From NCBI GenBank assembly GCA_035316885.1, contig DATHII010000038.1, positions 1 to 60,389 of the forward strand: a stretch of 60,389 nucleotides of DNA, written 5' to 3'. This DNA is from Jiangellaceae bacterium. Its GTDB lineage: Bacteria; Actinomycetota; Actinomycetes; Jiangellales; Jiangellaceae. The position numbers and the translations under genes were made by a program. Below, one piece after another: positions 17,206 through 28,049 of the stretch (position 1 is its first letter; every line of letters starts with the position of its first letter). The notes under the pieces are model-generated. The model ran no database searches and had not been told where the DNA came from. It saw only the letters and a program-made list of their open reading frames with translations.

Positions 17206-19149
17206 TCATCGAGGATCGTGTGGCAGTGCGGCGACCTCGTCGTCCGCCCGGGCGTCGATCGCCGCGATCAGTCCCGCGATCTCGCGGGCGAGGTTCTGCC
17301 CGGTCAGCCCGACCTCGGCGAGGATCGCGGGCCGCTTCGCGTGGTCGAGGAACCGCTGGGGCAGGCCGAAGTCGCGGACCGGCACCGTCACGCCGGCGTC
17401 GCGCAGCTGCTGGGCGATCGCGGCCCCGACGCCACCGACGCGGCCGTTGTCCTCGACCGTGACGACCAGCCGGTACCCGCGGGCCAGCTCGACCAGCGAC
17501 CGGTCGACCGGCTTGACCCAGCGAGGGTCGACCACCGTGACCCCGACACCCTGCGCGGAGAGCCGCTGCGCGGCGTCGACGCCGCACGCCGCCATGGACC
17601 CGACCGCGACCATGAGCACGTCGTGCTCCCCCGACCTGGCGAGCACGTCACAACCCCCGATCCGCTCCAACGCCGGCAGGTCCGGGCCCACCACGCCCTT
17701 CGGGAAACGCACGACGGTCGGCGCGTCGCCGACCGCGAGCGACTCGCCGAGTAGTTCGACCAGCGTGGCGGCGTCGCGCGGCGCCGCCAGGCGCAGCCCC
17801 GGAACGACCTGCAGGATCGACATGTCCCACATGCCGTTGTGCGACGCGCCGTCGTCGCCGGTGACGCCCGCACGGTCGAGCACGAACGTCACCCCGCACC
17901 GGTGCAGCGCACAGTCCATGACGACCTGGTCGAACGCACGGTTGAGGAAGGTGGCGTAGACCGCGACCACCGGGTGCAGGCCCGCCATCGCCATGCCGGC
18001 CGCGGACGTGACGGCGTGCTGCTCGGCGATGCCGACGTCGAAACAGCGGTCAGGAAAGGCGCGGGCGAAGGCGTCGAGCCCCGTCGGGCCGAGCATCGCC
18101 GCCGTGACCGCGACGATGTCGGGGCGTTCACGTCCGGCCTTGACCAGCGCTGCGCTGAACACACCGGTCCAGGTGCGCCCCGGCTGAGCCGTCGGCGCGC
18201 CCGTGTCCGGGTCGAAGGCGGGCGGGCTGTGCATCTGGTCGGCCTCGTCGCGCACGGCGATGTCGTAGCCGAATCCCTTCTGGGTGAGGCAGTGCACGAT
18301 CACCGGTCCGCGGAACCGCTTGGCTCGCACGAGTGCCTGCTCGACGGCATCACGGTCGTGGCCGTCGACCGGCCCGATGTACTTCAACCCCAGGTCCTCG
18401 AACAGGCCCTGCGGCGACAGAACGTCCTTGAGGCCCTTCTTGATGCCGTGCAGTGCGTCGTAGAACGGCTGCCCGACCAGCGGCGTTCGGCCGAGCGACC
18501 GCTTGATCACCTCGAGCGCCTGCTCGTACCGGGGGTTGGTGCGCAGCCCGGCCAGGTGGACGGCCAGCCCGCCCACCGTCGGCGAGTACGAGCGGCCGTT
18601 GTCGTTGACCACGATGACGATCGGACGGCTGGCCGGCCCGGTCGTCGCTCCCCGCGGGCCGCCGGCGATGTTGTTCAGCGCCTCCCAGGCCATGCCGCCG
18701 GTCAGGGCCCCGTCGCCGACGACCGCCACCACGGTGCGGTTCCGCTCGCCCCGCACGGCGAAGGCCTTGGCCAGCCCGTCGGCGTACGACAGCGCCGTCG
18801 ATGCGTGCGAGTTCTCGACCCAGTCGTGCTCGCTCTCGGTCCGGCACGGGTAGCCGGACAGGCCGCCCTGCTGCTTCAGGCTGCCGAACCGGTCCCTACG
18901 GCCGGTCAGCAGCTTGTGGACGTAGGCCTGGTGTCCGGTGTCGAAGACGATCGGGTCGCGCGGGGAGTCGAAGACACGATGGGCCGCGATGGTCAGCTCG
19001 ACGACCCCGAGGTTCGGGCCGAGGTGTCCGCCGTTGCGGGCCACCGTGCTGACGAGCAGATCGCGGATCTCGGCGGCCAGGGCCGTGAGCTCGTCGTCGG
19101 TGAGACCGCGAAGGTCTCGCGGTTCCCGCACCCGGTCGAGGACACCCAA
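17206..19149 (-). CDS. dxs: 1-deoxy-D-xylulose-5-phosphate synthase
   Basis: ORF 17206-19269. Motifs: [52 protein letters not shown]. Start taken as TTG at 19149, 9 nt after GGAGG; ATG at 19206 is an alternative. Confidence 0.93.
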   Translation of the reverse strand: MGVLDRVREPRDLRGLTDDELTALAAEIRDLLVSTVARNGGHLGPNLGVVELTIAAHRVFDSPRDPIVFDTGHQAYVHKLLTGRRDRFGSLKQQGGLSGYPCRTESEHDWVENSHASTALSYADGLAKAFAVRGERNRTVVAVVGDGALTGGMAWEALNNIAGGPRGATTGPASRPIVIVVNDNGRSYSPTVGGLAVHLAGLRTNPRYEQALEVIKRSLGRTPLVGQPFYDALHGIKKGLKDVLSPQGLFEDLGLKYIGPVDGHDRDAVEQALVRAKRFRGPVIVHCLTQKGFGYDIAVRDEADQMHSPPAFDPDTGAPTAQPGRTWTGVFSAALVKAGRERPDIVAVTAAMLGPTGLDAFARAFPDRCFDVGIAEQHAVTSAAGMAMAGLHPVVAVYATFLNRAFDQVVMDCALHRCGVTFVLDRAGVTGDDGASHNGMWDMSILQVVPGLRLAAPRDAATLVELLGESLAVGDAPTVVRFPKGVVGPDLPALERIGGCDVLARSGEHDVLMVAVGSMAACGVDAAQRLSAQGVGVTVVDPRWVKPVDRSLVELARGYRLVVTVEDNGRVGGVGAAIAQQLRDAGVTVPVRDFGLPQRFLDHAKRPAILAEVGLTGQNLAREIAGLIAAIDARADDEVAALPHDPR

Positions 19150-19316
19150 CCGTCTCGCCCTCCTTGCCGTCGTAGAACGTCGGGACGAGTCTAGAGCGCC
19201 TGGCATCGCGGCCGAGGGCGGACGGTGCCCGCAGCGCGCCTCTGGGCAACCGGGTCGCCACGGTGGCACAGTGATCCACGGCAGCGAAGTCCATTGTGTT
19301 CAGGAGGTCGGTCGTC

Positions 19317-19820
19317 GTGTCCGGACGTCGTACGGCAGGAGCCTTGGTGGGCGCCTTGGGCGCGCTGGGCGTGACGGCGAGTGCCTACCTGGACTGGTTC
19401 GACGGCGTGGTGCCCACCGACATGCCACTGGAGCGGCTGTTCCAGACCGAGGTCAGCGGCGGCGCGTCGTCCTACTGGACGTCGGTCGCCGCCCCCCTGG
19501 CTCTGGTCGGTGTCATCGGCGTTCTCGGCGCGCTGATGCGCTCGCGCCTGGTGCTTGTCGTCGCCGGCCTCGTCGGAGTCGCCACGCTGGCGCTGTGGAT
19601 CGTCATGACAGCACTCGACCTGTCCCCGGACGACCTCCAACCCTCCGACTACCAGAGCGGGGTCTGGGTCTGTGTGGCCGGGCTCGTGGTGTTGTTCATC
19701 GGGGTCCTCGCCATGGGGCCCCGGTACCGGGAGGAGCCGGTCCCGGAGGAACCAGTGGTCGACGAGGAGCGCACCACGATCGATGACGAGCCGTGGAGCA
19801 CCGACACCCGCTCGGAGTGA
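19317..19820 (+). CDS. Hypothetical membrane protein with acidic C-terminal tail
   Basis: ORF 19296-19820. GTG at 19317 lies 9 nt after AGGAGG. Four predicted TM helices. No family recognised. Confidence 0.6.
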   Translation: MSGRRTAGALVGALGALGVTASAYLDWFDGVVPTDMPLERLFQTEVSGGASSYWTSVAAPLALVGVIGVLGALMRSRLVLVVAGLVGVATLALWIVMTALDLSPDDLQPSDYQSGVWVCVAGLVVLFIGVLAMGPRYREEPVPEEPVVDEERTTIDDEPWSTDTRSE

Positions 19821-19829
19821 CCCGACCGC

Positions 19830-22625
19830 TCAGAGCAGGCTGCGCAGCACGTACTGCATGATCCCGCCGTTGCGGTAGTACTCAGCCTCGCCGGGGGTGT
19901 CGATGCGTACGAGCGCGTCGAACTCCACCTCGTCCGCGGTGACGTGGACCGTCGCCGGCGTGCCGCCGTCGTTGAGGCCGGTGATCCCCGTGATGTCGAA
20001 GGACTCCTCACCGGTCAGGCCGAGTGACTGCGCGTTCTCTCCGTCGGGGTACTGCAGCGGGAGCACGCCCATGCCGATCAGGTTCGACCGGTGGATCCGC
20101 TCATATGACTCGGCGATGACGGCGCGGACGCCGAGCAGCGCCGTGCCCTTGGCGGCCCAGTCACGTGACGAGCCCGACCCGTACTCCTTACCTGCCAGCA
20201 CGACCAGCGGGATGCCCTGTCCGGCGTACGTCACCGATGCGTCGTAGATGGTCGTCACCGGTGCATCGGCCTGCGTGAAGTCGCGTGTGAACCCGCCCTC
20301 GGTTCCCGGCGCGATCTGGTTGCGCAGGCGGATGTTGGCGAACGTGCCGCGGATCATCACCTCGTGGTTGCCCCGACGTGAGCCGTAGGAGTTGAAGTCG
20401 CGTCGCTGGACGCCGTGAGACCCGAGGTACTCCCCCGCCGGAGAGTCGGCCTTGATCGCTCCCGCCGGGCTGATGTGGTCGGTGGTCACCGAGTCACCGA
20501 GCATCGCCAGCACACGGGCACCCGAGATGTCCTCGACCGGCTCCGGCTCGACCCCCATGCCGTCGAAGTACGGGGGTTTGCGCACGTAGGTGGACTCCGG
20601 GTCCCATGCAAACGTGTCGCCCGACGGCGTCGGCAGCGACTGCCACTGCTCGTCGCCGGCGAACACGTCGGCGTAGTCGCGGGTGAACATCTCGCTCGCG
20701 ATCGCGGATTCGACCACCTGCTCGATCTCGGCCGGGCTCGGCCAGATGTCGCGCAGGTAGACCGGCTCGCCGGTCGGATCGGTGCCCAGCGGCTCGGTCG
20801 CGATGTCGAGGTCCATCGTCCCGGCCAACGCGTACGCGACGACGAGCGGCGGCGAGGCGAGGTAGTTCATCTTGACGTCGGAGTTGATCCGGCCCTCGAA
20901 GTTGCGGTTGCCGGACAGCACCGAGACGACCGAGAGGTCGGCTTCGGCGACCGCGGCCGAGATCGCCTCGGGCAACGGGCCCGAGTTGCCGATGCACGTG
21001 GTGCACCCGTAGCCGACGAGGTGGAAGTCGAGCTTCTCCAGGTAAGGGGTCAGTCCGGCGCGCTCGTAGTAGTCCATGACCACCTTCGAGCCGGGTGCGA
21101 GTGTGGTCTTGACCCAAGGCTTGCGGGACAGCCCTCTGTCGACCGCGTTCTTGGCCAGGAGGGCAGCACCGATCATCACGCTCGGGTTGGACGTGTTGGT
21201 GCACGAGGTGATCGCCGCGATGACGACCGCACCGTGGTCGATCTCACACGCCGTACCGTCGTCGAGGACGACACGGGTCGGTGCGGACGGACGGCCCTTC
21301 GCACCGAACGCCGCGGACAGCGGAGCCCGGGTGTCGTCCGCGCCGTTTCCCGGATGGATGGCGATCGGGTCGCTCGCCGGGAAGGTGTCCTCGACCGCGT
21401 CGTCGAGCCCTGTGTGCGGGCTCTCGTCGTGCACGACGTAGTCGCGCAGGGCCTGGCGGAAGGCGGGCTTCGCGTCGGTGAGCGAGACCCGGTCCTGCGG
21501 ACGCTTGGGTCCGGCGATCGACGGCACCACGGTCGACAGGTCGAGCGCGAGGCGCTCGGAGTAATCAGGCTCGGCCGCCGCGTCGTGCCAGAGGCCCTGC
21601 TCCTTGGCGTAGGCCTCCACCAGCGCGATCTTGTCGGCAGTGCGACCGGTGAGAGTGAGGTAGCGGATGGTCTCGGCGTCGATCGGGAAGACCGCGATGG
21701 TCGAGCCGTACTCCGGGCTCATGTTGCCGATCGTCGCGCGGTTCGCGAGCGGGACGGCGGCCACGCCCGGGCCGTAGAACTCAACGAACTTGCCGACGAC
21801 GCCGTGCCTGCGCAGTTGCTCGGTGATGGTGAGGACGAGATCGGTCGCCGTTGCGCCCTCGGGCAGTTCGCCCGCGAGCTTGAACCCGACGACCTTCGGG
21901 ATCAGCATGCTGACCGGCTGGCCCAGCATTGCCGCCTCCGCCTCGATCCCGCCGACGCCCCAGCCGACCACGCCCAGACCGTTGACCATCGTGGTGTGGC
22001 TGTCGGTGCCGACGCAGGTGTCGGGGTAGGCCACCGGACCTGTGGGCCCCTCGCGCGTCACGATGGTGCGAGCCAGGTGCTCGATGTTGACCTGGTGGAC
22101 GATCCCCGTGCCCGGCGGCACGACCTTGAAGTCGTCGAACGCTCCCTGCCCCCAGCGCAGGAACTGGTAACGCTCGCGGTTGCGCTGGTACTCGAGCTCG
22201 ACGTTGCGCTCGAACGCGTCGGGCGCCCCGAAGACATCGGCGATGACGGAGTGGTCGATCACCAGCTCGGCGGGCGCCAGCGGGTTGATCCTCGAGGGGT
22301 CGCCGCCGAGTGCGCTCATCGCCTCGCGCATGGTGGCGAGATCGACCACGCAGGGCACGCCGGTGAAGTCCTGCATGATCACCCGGGCGGGGGTGAACTG
22401 GATCTCGGTGTCGGGCTGAGCCTTGGGGTCCCAGTCGACGAGTGCGCGCACGTGGTCGGCGGTGATGTTGGCGCCGTCCTCGGTGCGGAGCAGGTTCTCG
22501 AGCAGCACCTTCAGGCTGTACGGCAAGCGGGCGACGTCGCCCGCGCCGGCGAGCCGGTGGATCTCGTAGGACGACCCGCCGACGTCGAGGGTCCCCTTGG
22601 CACCGAAGCTGTCCAGGCTCGCCAC
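19830..22625 (-). CDS. acnA: Aconitate hydratase
   Basis: ORF 19830-22673. [21 protein letters not shown]-terminus. Fe-S cluster Cys motifs ([20 protein letters not shown]). Start chosen as GTG at 22625, after GGGAGAGGA. Confidence 0.95.
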   Translation of the reverse strand: MASLDSFGAKGTLDVGGSSYEIHRLAGAGDVARLPYSLKVLLENLLRTEDGANITADHVRALVDWDPKAQPDTEIQFTPARVIMQDFTGVPCVVDLATMREAMSALGGDPSRINPLAPAELVIDHSVIADVFGAPDAFERNVELEYQRNRERYQFLRWGQGAFDDFKVVPPGTGIVHQVNIEHLARTIVTREGPTGPVAYPDTCVGTDSHTTMVNGLGVVGWGVGGIEAEAAMLGQPVSMLIPKVVGFKLAGELPEGATATDLVLTITEQLRRHGVVGKFVEFYGPGVAAVPLANRATIGNMSPEYGSTIAVFPIDAETIRYLTLTGRTADKIALVEAYAKEQGLWHDAAAEPDYSERLALDLSTVVPSIAGPKRPQDRVSLTDAKPAFRQALRDYVVHDESPHTGLDDAVEDTFPASDPIAIHPGNGADDTRAPLSAAFGAKGRPSAPTRVVLDDGTACEIDHGAVVIAAITSCTNTSNPSVMIGAALLAKNAVDRGLSRKPWVKTTLAPGSKVVMDYYERAGLTPYLEKLDFHLVGYGCTTCIGNSGPLPEAISAAVAEADLSVVSVLSGNRNFEGRINSDVKMNYLASPPLVVAYALAGTMDLDIATEPLGTDPTGEPVYLRDIWPSPAEIEQVVESAIASEMFTRDYADVFAGDEQWQSLPTPSGDTFAWDPESTYVRKPPYFDGMGVEPEPVEDISGARVLAMLGDSVTTDHISPAGAIKADSPAGEYLGSHGVQRRDFNSYGSRRGNHEVMIRGTFANIRLRNQIAPGTEGGFTRDFTQADAPVTTIYDASVTYAGQGIPLVVLAGKEYGSGSSRDWAAKGTALLGVRAVIAESYERIHRSNLIGMGVLPLQYPDGENAQSLGLTGEESFDITGITGLNDGGTPATVHVTADEVEFDALVRIDTPGEAEYYRNGGIMQYVLRSLL

Positions 22626-22737
22626 GTCCAACCATCCTCTCCCGGTTCGTCCGGTCACTTCTCTTGACGTCAAGATAGTGTGCGACCGACCCTACCCGGG
22701 TTTGGTCGCGTAAGCCATCACGGCCTGGCGAAACAGG

Positions 22738-23667
22738 TCATCCGACCTGACCCAGCACCCGGTCGGAGAGCAGTGCCAGGTGGTCGAGGTCGTCGAGATC
22801 GAGCACCTGCAGGTACACGCGGGACGCGCCGAGCTCGCTGAACTGCCCGATCCGGTCGACGATTTCGTCCGGCGTGCCCCCCAGGCCGGTCCGTCGCAGG
22901 TCGTCGGCGTCGCGTCCGATCGCCCTTGCCCGCCGGAGGACCTCGGACTCGTCCGCGCCGCAACAGACGGTCTGGGCGACCGAGTAGACCATCGAGTGCT
23001 CGTCCCGCCCGGCCTCGGCACATGCCGCCCGGACGCGCTCGAACGCCTCGCCGGTCCGGTCCACCGACGAGAACCCGACGTTGTGCTCGTCCGCGTACCG
23101 GGCCGCGAGGCGCGGCGTGCGAGTCCGCCCCTTACCGCCGAGGATCACCGGAGGCCGTGGCCGTTGCAGCGGCTTCGGCAGCGCGGGCGAGTCCGCGAGC
23201 GTGTAGCGGACGCCCGCGAAGCTGAACCGCTCCCCTGGCGCCGACTGCCAGAGTCCGGTGATCACGGCGAGCTGCTCCTCCAGCAGGTCGAACCGGTCAC
23301 CGATGGGTGGGAACGGCATCCCGTACGCGGTGTGCTCGGCCTCGTACCAGCCGGCTCCGATGCCGAGCTCGACCCGTCCGCCGCTCATCGCGTCGACCTG
23401 CGCCACTGAGATCGCCAGTGGACCCGGCAGGCGGAAGGTCACCGGCGACACCAGCGTCCCGAGCCGGATCCGCGTCGTCTCGCGGGCGAGGCCGGCGATC
23501 GTCACCCACGCGTCCGTGGGGCCCGGCAAACCGTCCGTGTCCATCGCCAGGTAGTGGTCGGAGCGGAAGAACGCGTCGAATCCCAGGTCCTCGGTCGCCA
23601 TCGCGACCCGACGGAGTTGGTCGTAGGTCGCCCCTTCCTGGGGCTCGGTGAAGATCCTCAGCTGCAT
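22738..23667 (-). CDS. LLM-class F420-dependent oxidoreductase
   Basis: Last 309 codons of ORF 22738-24303, ATG at 23667. MQLRIFTEPQEGATYDQL.., FDAFFRSDHY and GIGAGWYEAEH are typical of luciferase-like monooxygenase family members. Confidence 0.88.
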   Translation of the reverse strand: MQLRIFTEPQEGATYDQLRRVAMATEDLGFDAFFRSDHYLAMDTDGLPGPTDAWVTIAGLARETTRIRLGTLVSPVTFRLPGPLAISVAQVDAMSGGRVELGIGAGWYEAEHTAYGMPFPPIGDRFDLLEEQLAVITGLWQSAPGERFSFAGVRYTLADSPALPKPLQRPRPPVILGGKGRTRTPRLAARYADEHNVGFSSVDRTGEAFERVRAACAEAGRDEHSMVYSVAQTVCCGADESEVLRRARAIGRDADDLRRTGLGGTPDEIVDRIGQFSELGASRVYLQVLDLDDLDHLALLSDRVLGQVG

Positions 23668-24472
23668 GTGCCCAGCCTGCCAGGACCGGGACCGGCTCGG
23701 ACGGCGCGCCGGACGAGCAGCAGGCCGGCCGCGACGCAGAATGTGTCCTGCAGCGGATCCACCGGGACCATGAGCAGTGTGCTGCTCCACGGGCCGACCA
23801 GCACGGACAGGTGCCACAGGTGGATCGTCATCGCTGCCGACCCGACAGTGACCACTGCCGTCCACGGCCGCGGTCGCGACAGCCAGCGCTGCATCCACGG
23901 CCTCGCCAGCACGACGGCGGCCACCTGGCCGACCGTGAGGACCAGCAGGCAGACCGTCGGCGGTGTCATGTTCGACAGCTCCCCCGGCAAGCCGACCATG
24001 CTCACCGGGTACGGCCCCAGCCGACCTGCTGGGCGAACAGCCACACCAGAGCGACGTTGACCTGGCCGACCGCCTCGAGCCCGCCGGCGAAGCGGGTACG
24101 TCAACCGCCACGGTGGCACCGGCCAGCCCGGCCAGGGCCGCCCCGGGCCTGCGCTCGTGCAGCCAGGCCAACGCCGGCGCAGCGCCGTCGTCGCCACGTA
24201 GACGCCCAGGAACCACAAGGGCTGGCCGAGCAGATGACCGACGAGGTCGACCTCGGGTCCGGGGAGCCCGAGCCAGCGCAGGAGGGCAAGAAGTACCTGC
24301 CAACTGATGACGAACACCAGGGTGGGCCGCAGCAGGCGCTCCAGTCGGCCGTAGAGGTAGCCTGCGTACCTGCCGCCCGTGCCGTCGTCCGCCGCCAGAC
24401 GGTGAGGTTGGCGAACCCGCCGGCTACGAAGAAGACCGGCATCACCTGCAGCACCCAGGTCAGGGACTGCAT
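23658..24472 (-). pseudogene. Acyltransferase-3 family membrane protein remnant (5'-truncated, at least 3 frameshifts)
   Basis: Family-like segments are spread over three minus-strand frames. ORF 24101-24553 has QSLTWVLQVMPVFFVAGGFANL. ORF 23658-25124 has YLYGRLERLLRPTLVFVISWQVLLALL. ORF 22738-24303 has APALAWLHERRPGAALAGLAGATVAVDV. ORF 23658-25124 resumes with NMTPPTVCLLVLTVGQVAAVVL..AMTIHLWHLSVLV. The expected first ~50 residues are absent. Confidence 0.55.
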
Positions 24473-24543
24473 GCCGGCATCGCGGTGAGCGCGTTGGCCG
24501 TGGAGACGCGGCCTCTGAAGCCATGGCGTGATACCATGACTGC

Positions 24544-24768
24544 ATGTCGGCAACGATGACCGTGCGGCTCAGTGACGACGAGCACCGAAAGTTGCGCGCA
24601 TATGCGCAGCGACACGGGTACAGCCTGAACGAGGCGCTGCGCAGGATGATCACAGAGGCGACAGCGCGCACGGCCGCCGACGGGCTGACGCCCGGCCTGT
24701 TCGACTCCGGCGACCCGTCCTTGGCGCGTCGGGTGGACGACGAGCTCCGGGACGGGTTCGGCGAGTGA
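24544..24768 (+). CDS. vapB: Ribbon-helix-helix antitoxin (VapB-like)
   Basis: ORF 24544-24768. MSATMTVRLSDDEHRKLRAYAQRHGYSLNEALRRMI is a CopG/RHH fold signature. There is a 4-nt overlap with the downstream PIN gene. Confidence 0.8.
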   Translation: MSATMTVRLSDDEHRKLRAYAQRHGYSLNEALRRMITEATARTAADGLTPGLFDSGDPSLARRVDDELRDGFGE

Positions 24769-25181
24769 CCGCCCTGGTTGACACGTCCGCACTCATCGCC
24801 TACTACGACCGCCGCAGTGCCGACCACGCGGCCGTGGTCGAAGCGTTCCAGGCAGCACCTGCTCCGTTGAGCCTCTCGCCGCTCGTCCTCGCCGAGTTCG
24901 ACTTCCTCATCACCAAGTACGCCGGACAGCAGGTCGCGCTGGCCGCTCTCCGTGAGCTCGCCGACACGATGCACATCGAGGAGTTCCACGGCGCAGACCT
25001 GCGCGCCGCAGCGGACGTGATGAGCCGATACGCCGATCTCGACATCGGCCTGACCGATGCATCCATCGTCGTTCTGGCCCACCGCTGTCGCACCGAACGC
25101 GTGCTGACCCTCGACCGGCGCCATTTCGCGGTCGTCCGACCGCTGTCAGATGCCGCCGCCTTCACCGTCCTACCCGAATGA
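24765..25181 (+). CDS. vapC: PIN-domain toxin (VapC-like ribonuclease)
   Basis: ORF 24765-25181, GTG start. Conserved acidic residues sit in the contexts LVDTSALIA, LAEFDFL, GLTDASIV and LTLDRRHF. Confidence 0.87.
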   Translation: MTALVDTSALIAYYDRRSADHAAVVEAFQAAPAPLSLSPLVLAEFDFLITKYAGQQVALAALRELADTMHIEEFHGADLRAAADVMSRYADLDIGLTDASIVVLAHRCRTERVLTLDRRHFAVVRPLSDAAAFTVLPE

Positions 25182-25220
25182 CGCGACCGCGGGCTTTACC
25201 GGCAGGACCCACGAAGAGCG

Positions 25221-27275
25221 TCAGGGCCTGGTCCGCCGGGTGACGACGACCTCGCCGCGGCGGACCGCGGTTGGTGCGGCGTCGTCGTCGTCCTTGCGCC
25301 GGGCGGCGGCGTCGTCGTCCCTGCGACGGGCGACGTCGGACGACTCCAGCTGCCAGGGGACGCTGGTCACCATCACCCCCGGCGTGAACAGCAGCCGGCC
25401 CTTGAGCCGCAGGGCGCTCTGGTTGTGGAGCAACTGCTCCCACCACCGGCCGACGATGTACTCGGGGATGTACACCGTGACGATGTCGCGCGGGCTCGAC
25501 CGTCGGATGCCCCTGACGTACTCGATGATCGGGCGCGTGATCTCGCGGTAGGGCGAGTCCAGCACCTTCAGCGGGATCGGGATCTGCCGCTGGTCCCATT
25601 CGTCGATCAGCGCCCGGGTCTCCTCGAGGTCGACCTTGACGGTGACCGCTTCGAGGACGTCGGGACGTGCGACCCGGGCGTATGCGAGCGCCCGTAGCGT
25701 CGGCTTGTGGATCTTGGAGACCAGCACGATGGCGTGCACCCGCGATGGCAGCAGCGCCGTAGCCGACCCAGAGGGGTCGTCGGCCGCCAGCTCGGCGCTC
25801 ACCCTGTCGTAGTGGCTGCGGATACCGCGCATCAGCAGGAACAGGATCGGCATGGCCACGAAGACGATCCAGGCGCCATGGGTGAACTTCGTGATCGTGA
25901 CGATGACCAGCACAACGCCGGTCATCGTGGCTCCGACCGTGTTGATGGCCCGCGACCGCAGCACCGTGCGGCGCTCCTCCGGGCGCAGCGAGCCACGCAG
26001 CACGGAGTTCCAGTGCCGGACCATGCCGGTCTGGCCGAGGGTGAAGGCCGTGAAGACACCGACGATGTAGAGCTGGATCAGTCGGGTCACCGACGCGTCG
26101 AACGAGAAGATCAGCACTCCGGCGAAGATCGACAGCAGCAGGATCCCGTTGCTGAAGACCAGCCGGTCGCCACGCGTGTGCAACTGGCGCGGCGCATAGC
26201 GGTGCTGGGCCAGGATCGAACCCAGCAGGGGGAACCCGTTGAACGCCGTGTTCGCCGCCAGCACCAGGATCAGCGCGGCAGCGGCCTGGACGTAGAAGAA
26301 GGGGATCGACCCGTCGCCGAAGGTTGCCGCGGCCACCTGCGCGATGACCGTCCGCTGCGGGTTCGCCTCGCAGTCGAATCCGACCAGGTCGCACGGCTCC
26401 TCGGTGTACCGCACGTCCGAGATCAGCGCCAGTGCGGTGATGCCGCTGAACATCACGATCGACAGCCCACCCATCCAGGCCAGCGTGGTGGCCGCATTCC
26501 TGCTCTTGGGTCTCTTGAACGCCGGGACGCCGTTGGCGATCGCCTCGACGCCGGTCAGCGCCGTACACCCGGAGGCGAAAGCACGCAGCACGAGCAGCAC
26601 CAGGGCGATCCCCCCGAGATCGGTCATCTCGGCGGTCACGTCGTATTCGGCGCTCTCGGCGACCGGCGCCTGCCCGAACAACGTCCGGCCCAGCCCCCAG
26701 ATCACCATGGAGACGATGCCCACGACGAACAGGTAGGTCGGCACCGCGAACGCGCGCCCGCTCTCCCTGATGCCGCGCAGGTTCATCGCGGCGAGCAGGA
26801 CAACGAGGCCGATCGCGATCGACACCCGCTGCTCGCGCAGTGCCGGCACCGCCGAGATGAGGTTGTCGACGCCTGCGGAAACCGACACGGCCACGGTCAG
26901 CACGTAGTCGACGAGCAGTGCGCTCGCCACCGTCAGCCCGGCATTGGAGCCGAGGTTCGTCGCGGCCACCTCGTAGTCGCCGCCACCGGTCGGGTAGGCG
27001 TAGACGAGTTGGCGATAGGACAGGACGACGACCACGAGCAACAGGACGACGGCGGCCGCCACCCAGGGTGCGAGGTACAGGAAGGACAGGCCACCGAGGG
27101 TCAGGATGACCAGGATCTCCTGGGTGGCGTAGGTGACCGAGGAGAGCGGGTCGCTGGCGAACACCGGCAGCGCCACGCGCTTGGGAAGCAGCGTGTCGCC
27201 CAGTCTGCTGCTCGCGAGCGGGCGCCCGATCAGCACCCGTCGTGCGATGTCGCCGACCTTCGCCACGAACGGCAT
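25221..27275 (-). CDS. APC-family permease with C-terminal cytoplasmic domain
   Basis: Last 684 codons of ORF 25221-27977, ATG at 27275. About 12 TM helices (PVFASDPLSSVTYATQEIL, FASGCTALTGVEAIANGVPAF), then a soluble domain. It is adjacent to trkA genes, as in many actinobacteria. Confidence 0.88.
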   Translation of the reverse strand: MPFVAKVGDIARRVLIGRPLASSRLGDTLLPKRVALPVFASDPLSSVTYATQEILVILTLGGLSFLYLAPWVAAAVVLLLVVVVLSYRQLVYAYPTGGGDYEVAATNLGSNAGLTVASALLVDYVLTVAVSVSAGVDNLISAVPALREQRVSIAIGLVVLLAAMNLRGIRESGRAFAVPTYLFVVGIVSMVIWGLGRTLFGQAPVAESAEYDVTAEMTDLGGIALVLLVLRAFASGCTALTGVEAIANGVPAFKRPKSRNAATTLAWMGGLSIVMFSGITALALISDVRYTEEPCDLVGFDCEANPQRTVIAQVAAATFGDGSIPFFYVQAAAALILVLAANTAFNGFPLLGSILAQHRYAPRQLHTRGDRLVFSNGILLLSIFAGVLIFSFDASVTRLIQLYIVGVFTAFTLGQTGMVRHWNSVLRGSLRPEERRTVLRSRAINTVGATMTGVVLVIVTITKFTHGAWIVFVAMPILFLLMRGIRSHYDRVSAELAADDPSGSATALLPSRVHAIVLVSKIHKPTLRALAYARVARPDVLEAVTVKVDLEETRALIDEWDQRQIPIPLKVLDSPYREITRPIIEYVRGIRRSSPRDIVTVYIPEYIVGRWWEQLLHNQSALRLKGRLLFTPGVMVTSVPWQLESSDVARRRDDDAAARRKDDDDAAPTAVRRGEVVVTRRTRP

Positions 27276-27383
27276 GCTAGGGCGCTCTCCTGTGGCGGGT
27301 GCGACCAACCCGTCCGTGTACCTTCGTCGGTGGCGCCACGGGTCATCACCGGACACTGGCGCGCCCTTCTGGGAAGGACCACA

Positions 27384-28049
27384 GTGCACGTCGTCATCAT
27401 GGGTTGCGGCCGGGTCGGATCGACCCTGGCGCACATCCTGGAGTCCCGCGAGTACACGGTCGCTGTCATCGACCAGAATCCGGAGGCGTTCCGGCGCCTG
27501 CCCGCCAACTTCGAGGGACGGACGGTCTCGGGCATCGGTTTCGACCGCGACGTCCTCCGCGAGGCCGGCATCGAAAGCGCCGCTGCGTTCGCCGCCGTCA
27601 GCAGTGGCGACAACTCGAACATCCTCGCGGCGCGGGTGGCCCGCGAGACGTTCGGGGTCGAGAACGTCGTGGCCCGCATCTACGACCCCGGACGAGCCGC
27701 CGTCTACCAGCGCCTGGGCATCCCGACCGTGGCGACCGTCCGGTGGACCGCGGACCAGATGCTGCGCCGGCTGATGCCGGGGGGCGCCGAGACCGAGTGG
27801 GTCGACCCGTCCGGCACGATCCGCCTCGCCGAGGTCCACGTCACCCACGACTGGGTCGGCCACACGGTGGCGGCGCTGGAGGACGCCTCGGGTGCCCGCG
27901 TCGCGTTCCTGTCCCGATATGGCGACGGGCTGGTGCCCACAGGCGACACCGTGGTCCAGCAGGGCGACCTGGTCCACGTCATCATGCGGATCGAGGACAG
28001 CCCTCGGATCACCGAGGTGTTCGAGGCCGCCCCGGAGGTCGAGGTCTGA
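27384..28049 (+). CDS. trkA: TrkA-family K+ uptake regulatory protein (RCK N+C)
   Basis: End of ORF 25707-28049. GTG at 27384 follows GGGAAGGA. VHVVIMGCGRVGSTLAHILE Rossmann motif. TrkA-C-like C-terminus. Confidence 0.9.
   Translation: MHVVIMGCGRVGSTLAHILESREYTVAVIDQNPEAFRRLPANFEGRTVSGIGFDRDVLREAGIESAAAFAAVSSGDNSNILAARVARETFGVENVVARIYDPGRAAVYQRLGIPTVATVRWTADQMLRRLMPGGAETEWVDPSGTIRLAEVHVTHDWVGHTVAALEDASGARVAFLSRYGDGLVPTGDTVVQQGDLVHVIMRIEDSPRITEVFEAAPEVEV

Noticed and set aside
19150-19269. N-terminal extension of dxs to the ORF start at 19269
   Set aside because: The extension ([29 protein letters not shown]..) has no counterpart in Dxs proteins. The TTG at 19149 follows a GGAGG at proper spacing and gives the usual LGVLDRV..P.DLR N-terminus.
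20415-22667. 750-aa plus-strand ORF
   Set aside because: It is antisense shadow of the aconitase gene. The composition is Arg/Gly/Asp/Val-rich with no motifs, while the minus strand encodes a textbook AcnA.
25707-27383. Upstream part of ORF 25707-28049 (780 aa)
   Set aside because: It is antisense to the APC permease. Only the last 221 codons (trkA, from GTG 27384 with a Shine-Dalgarno) are credible.
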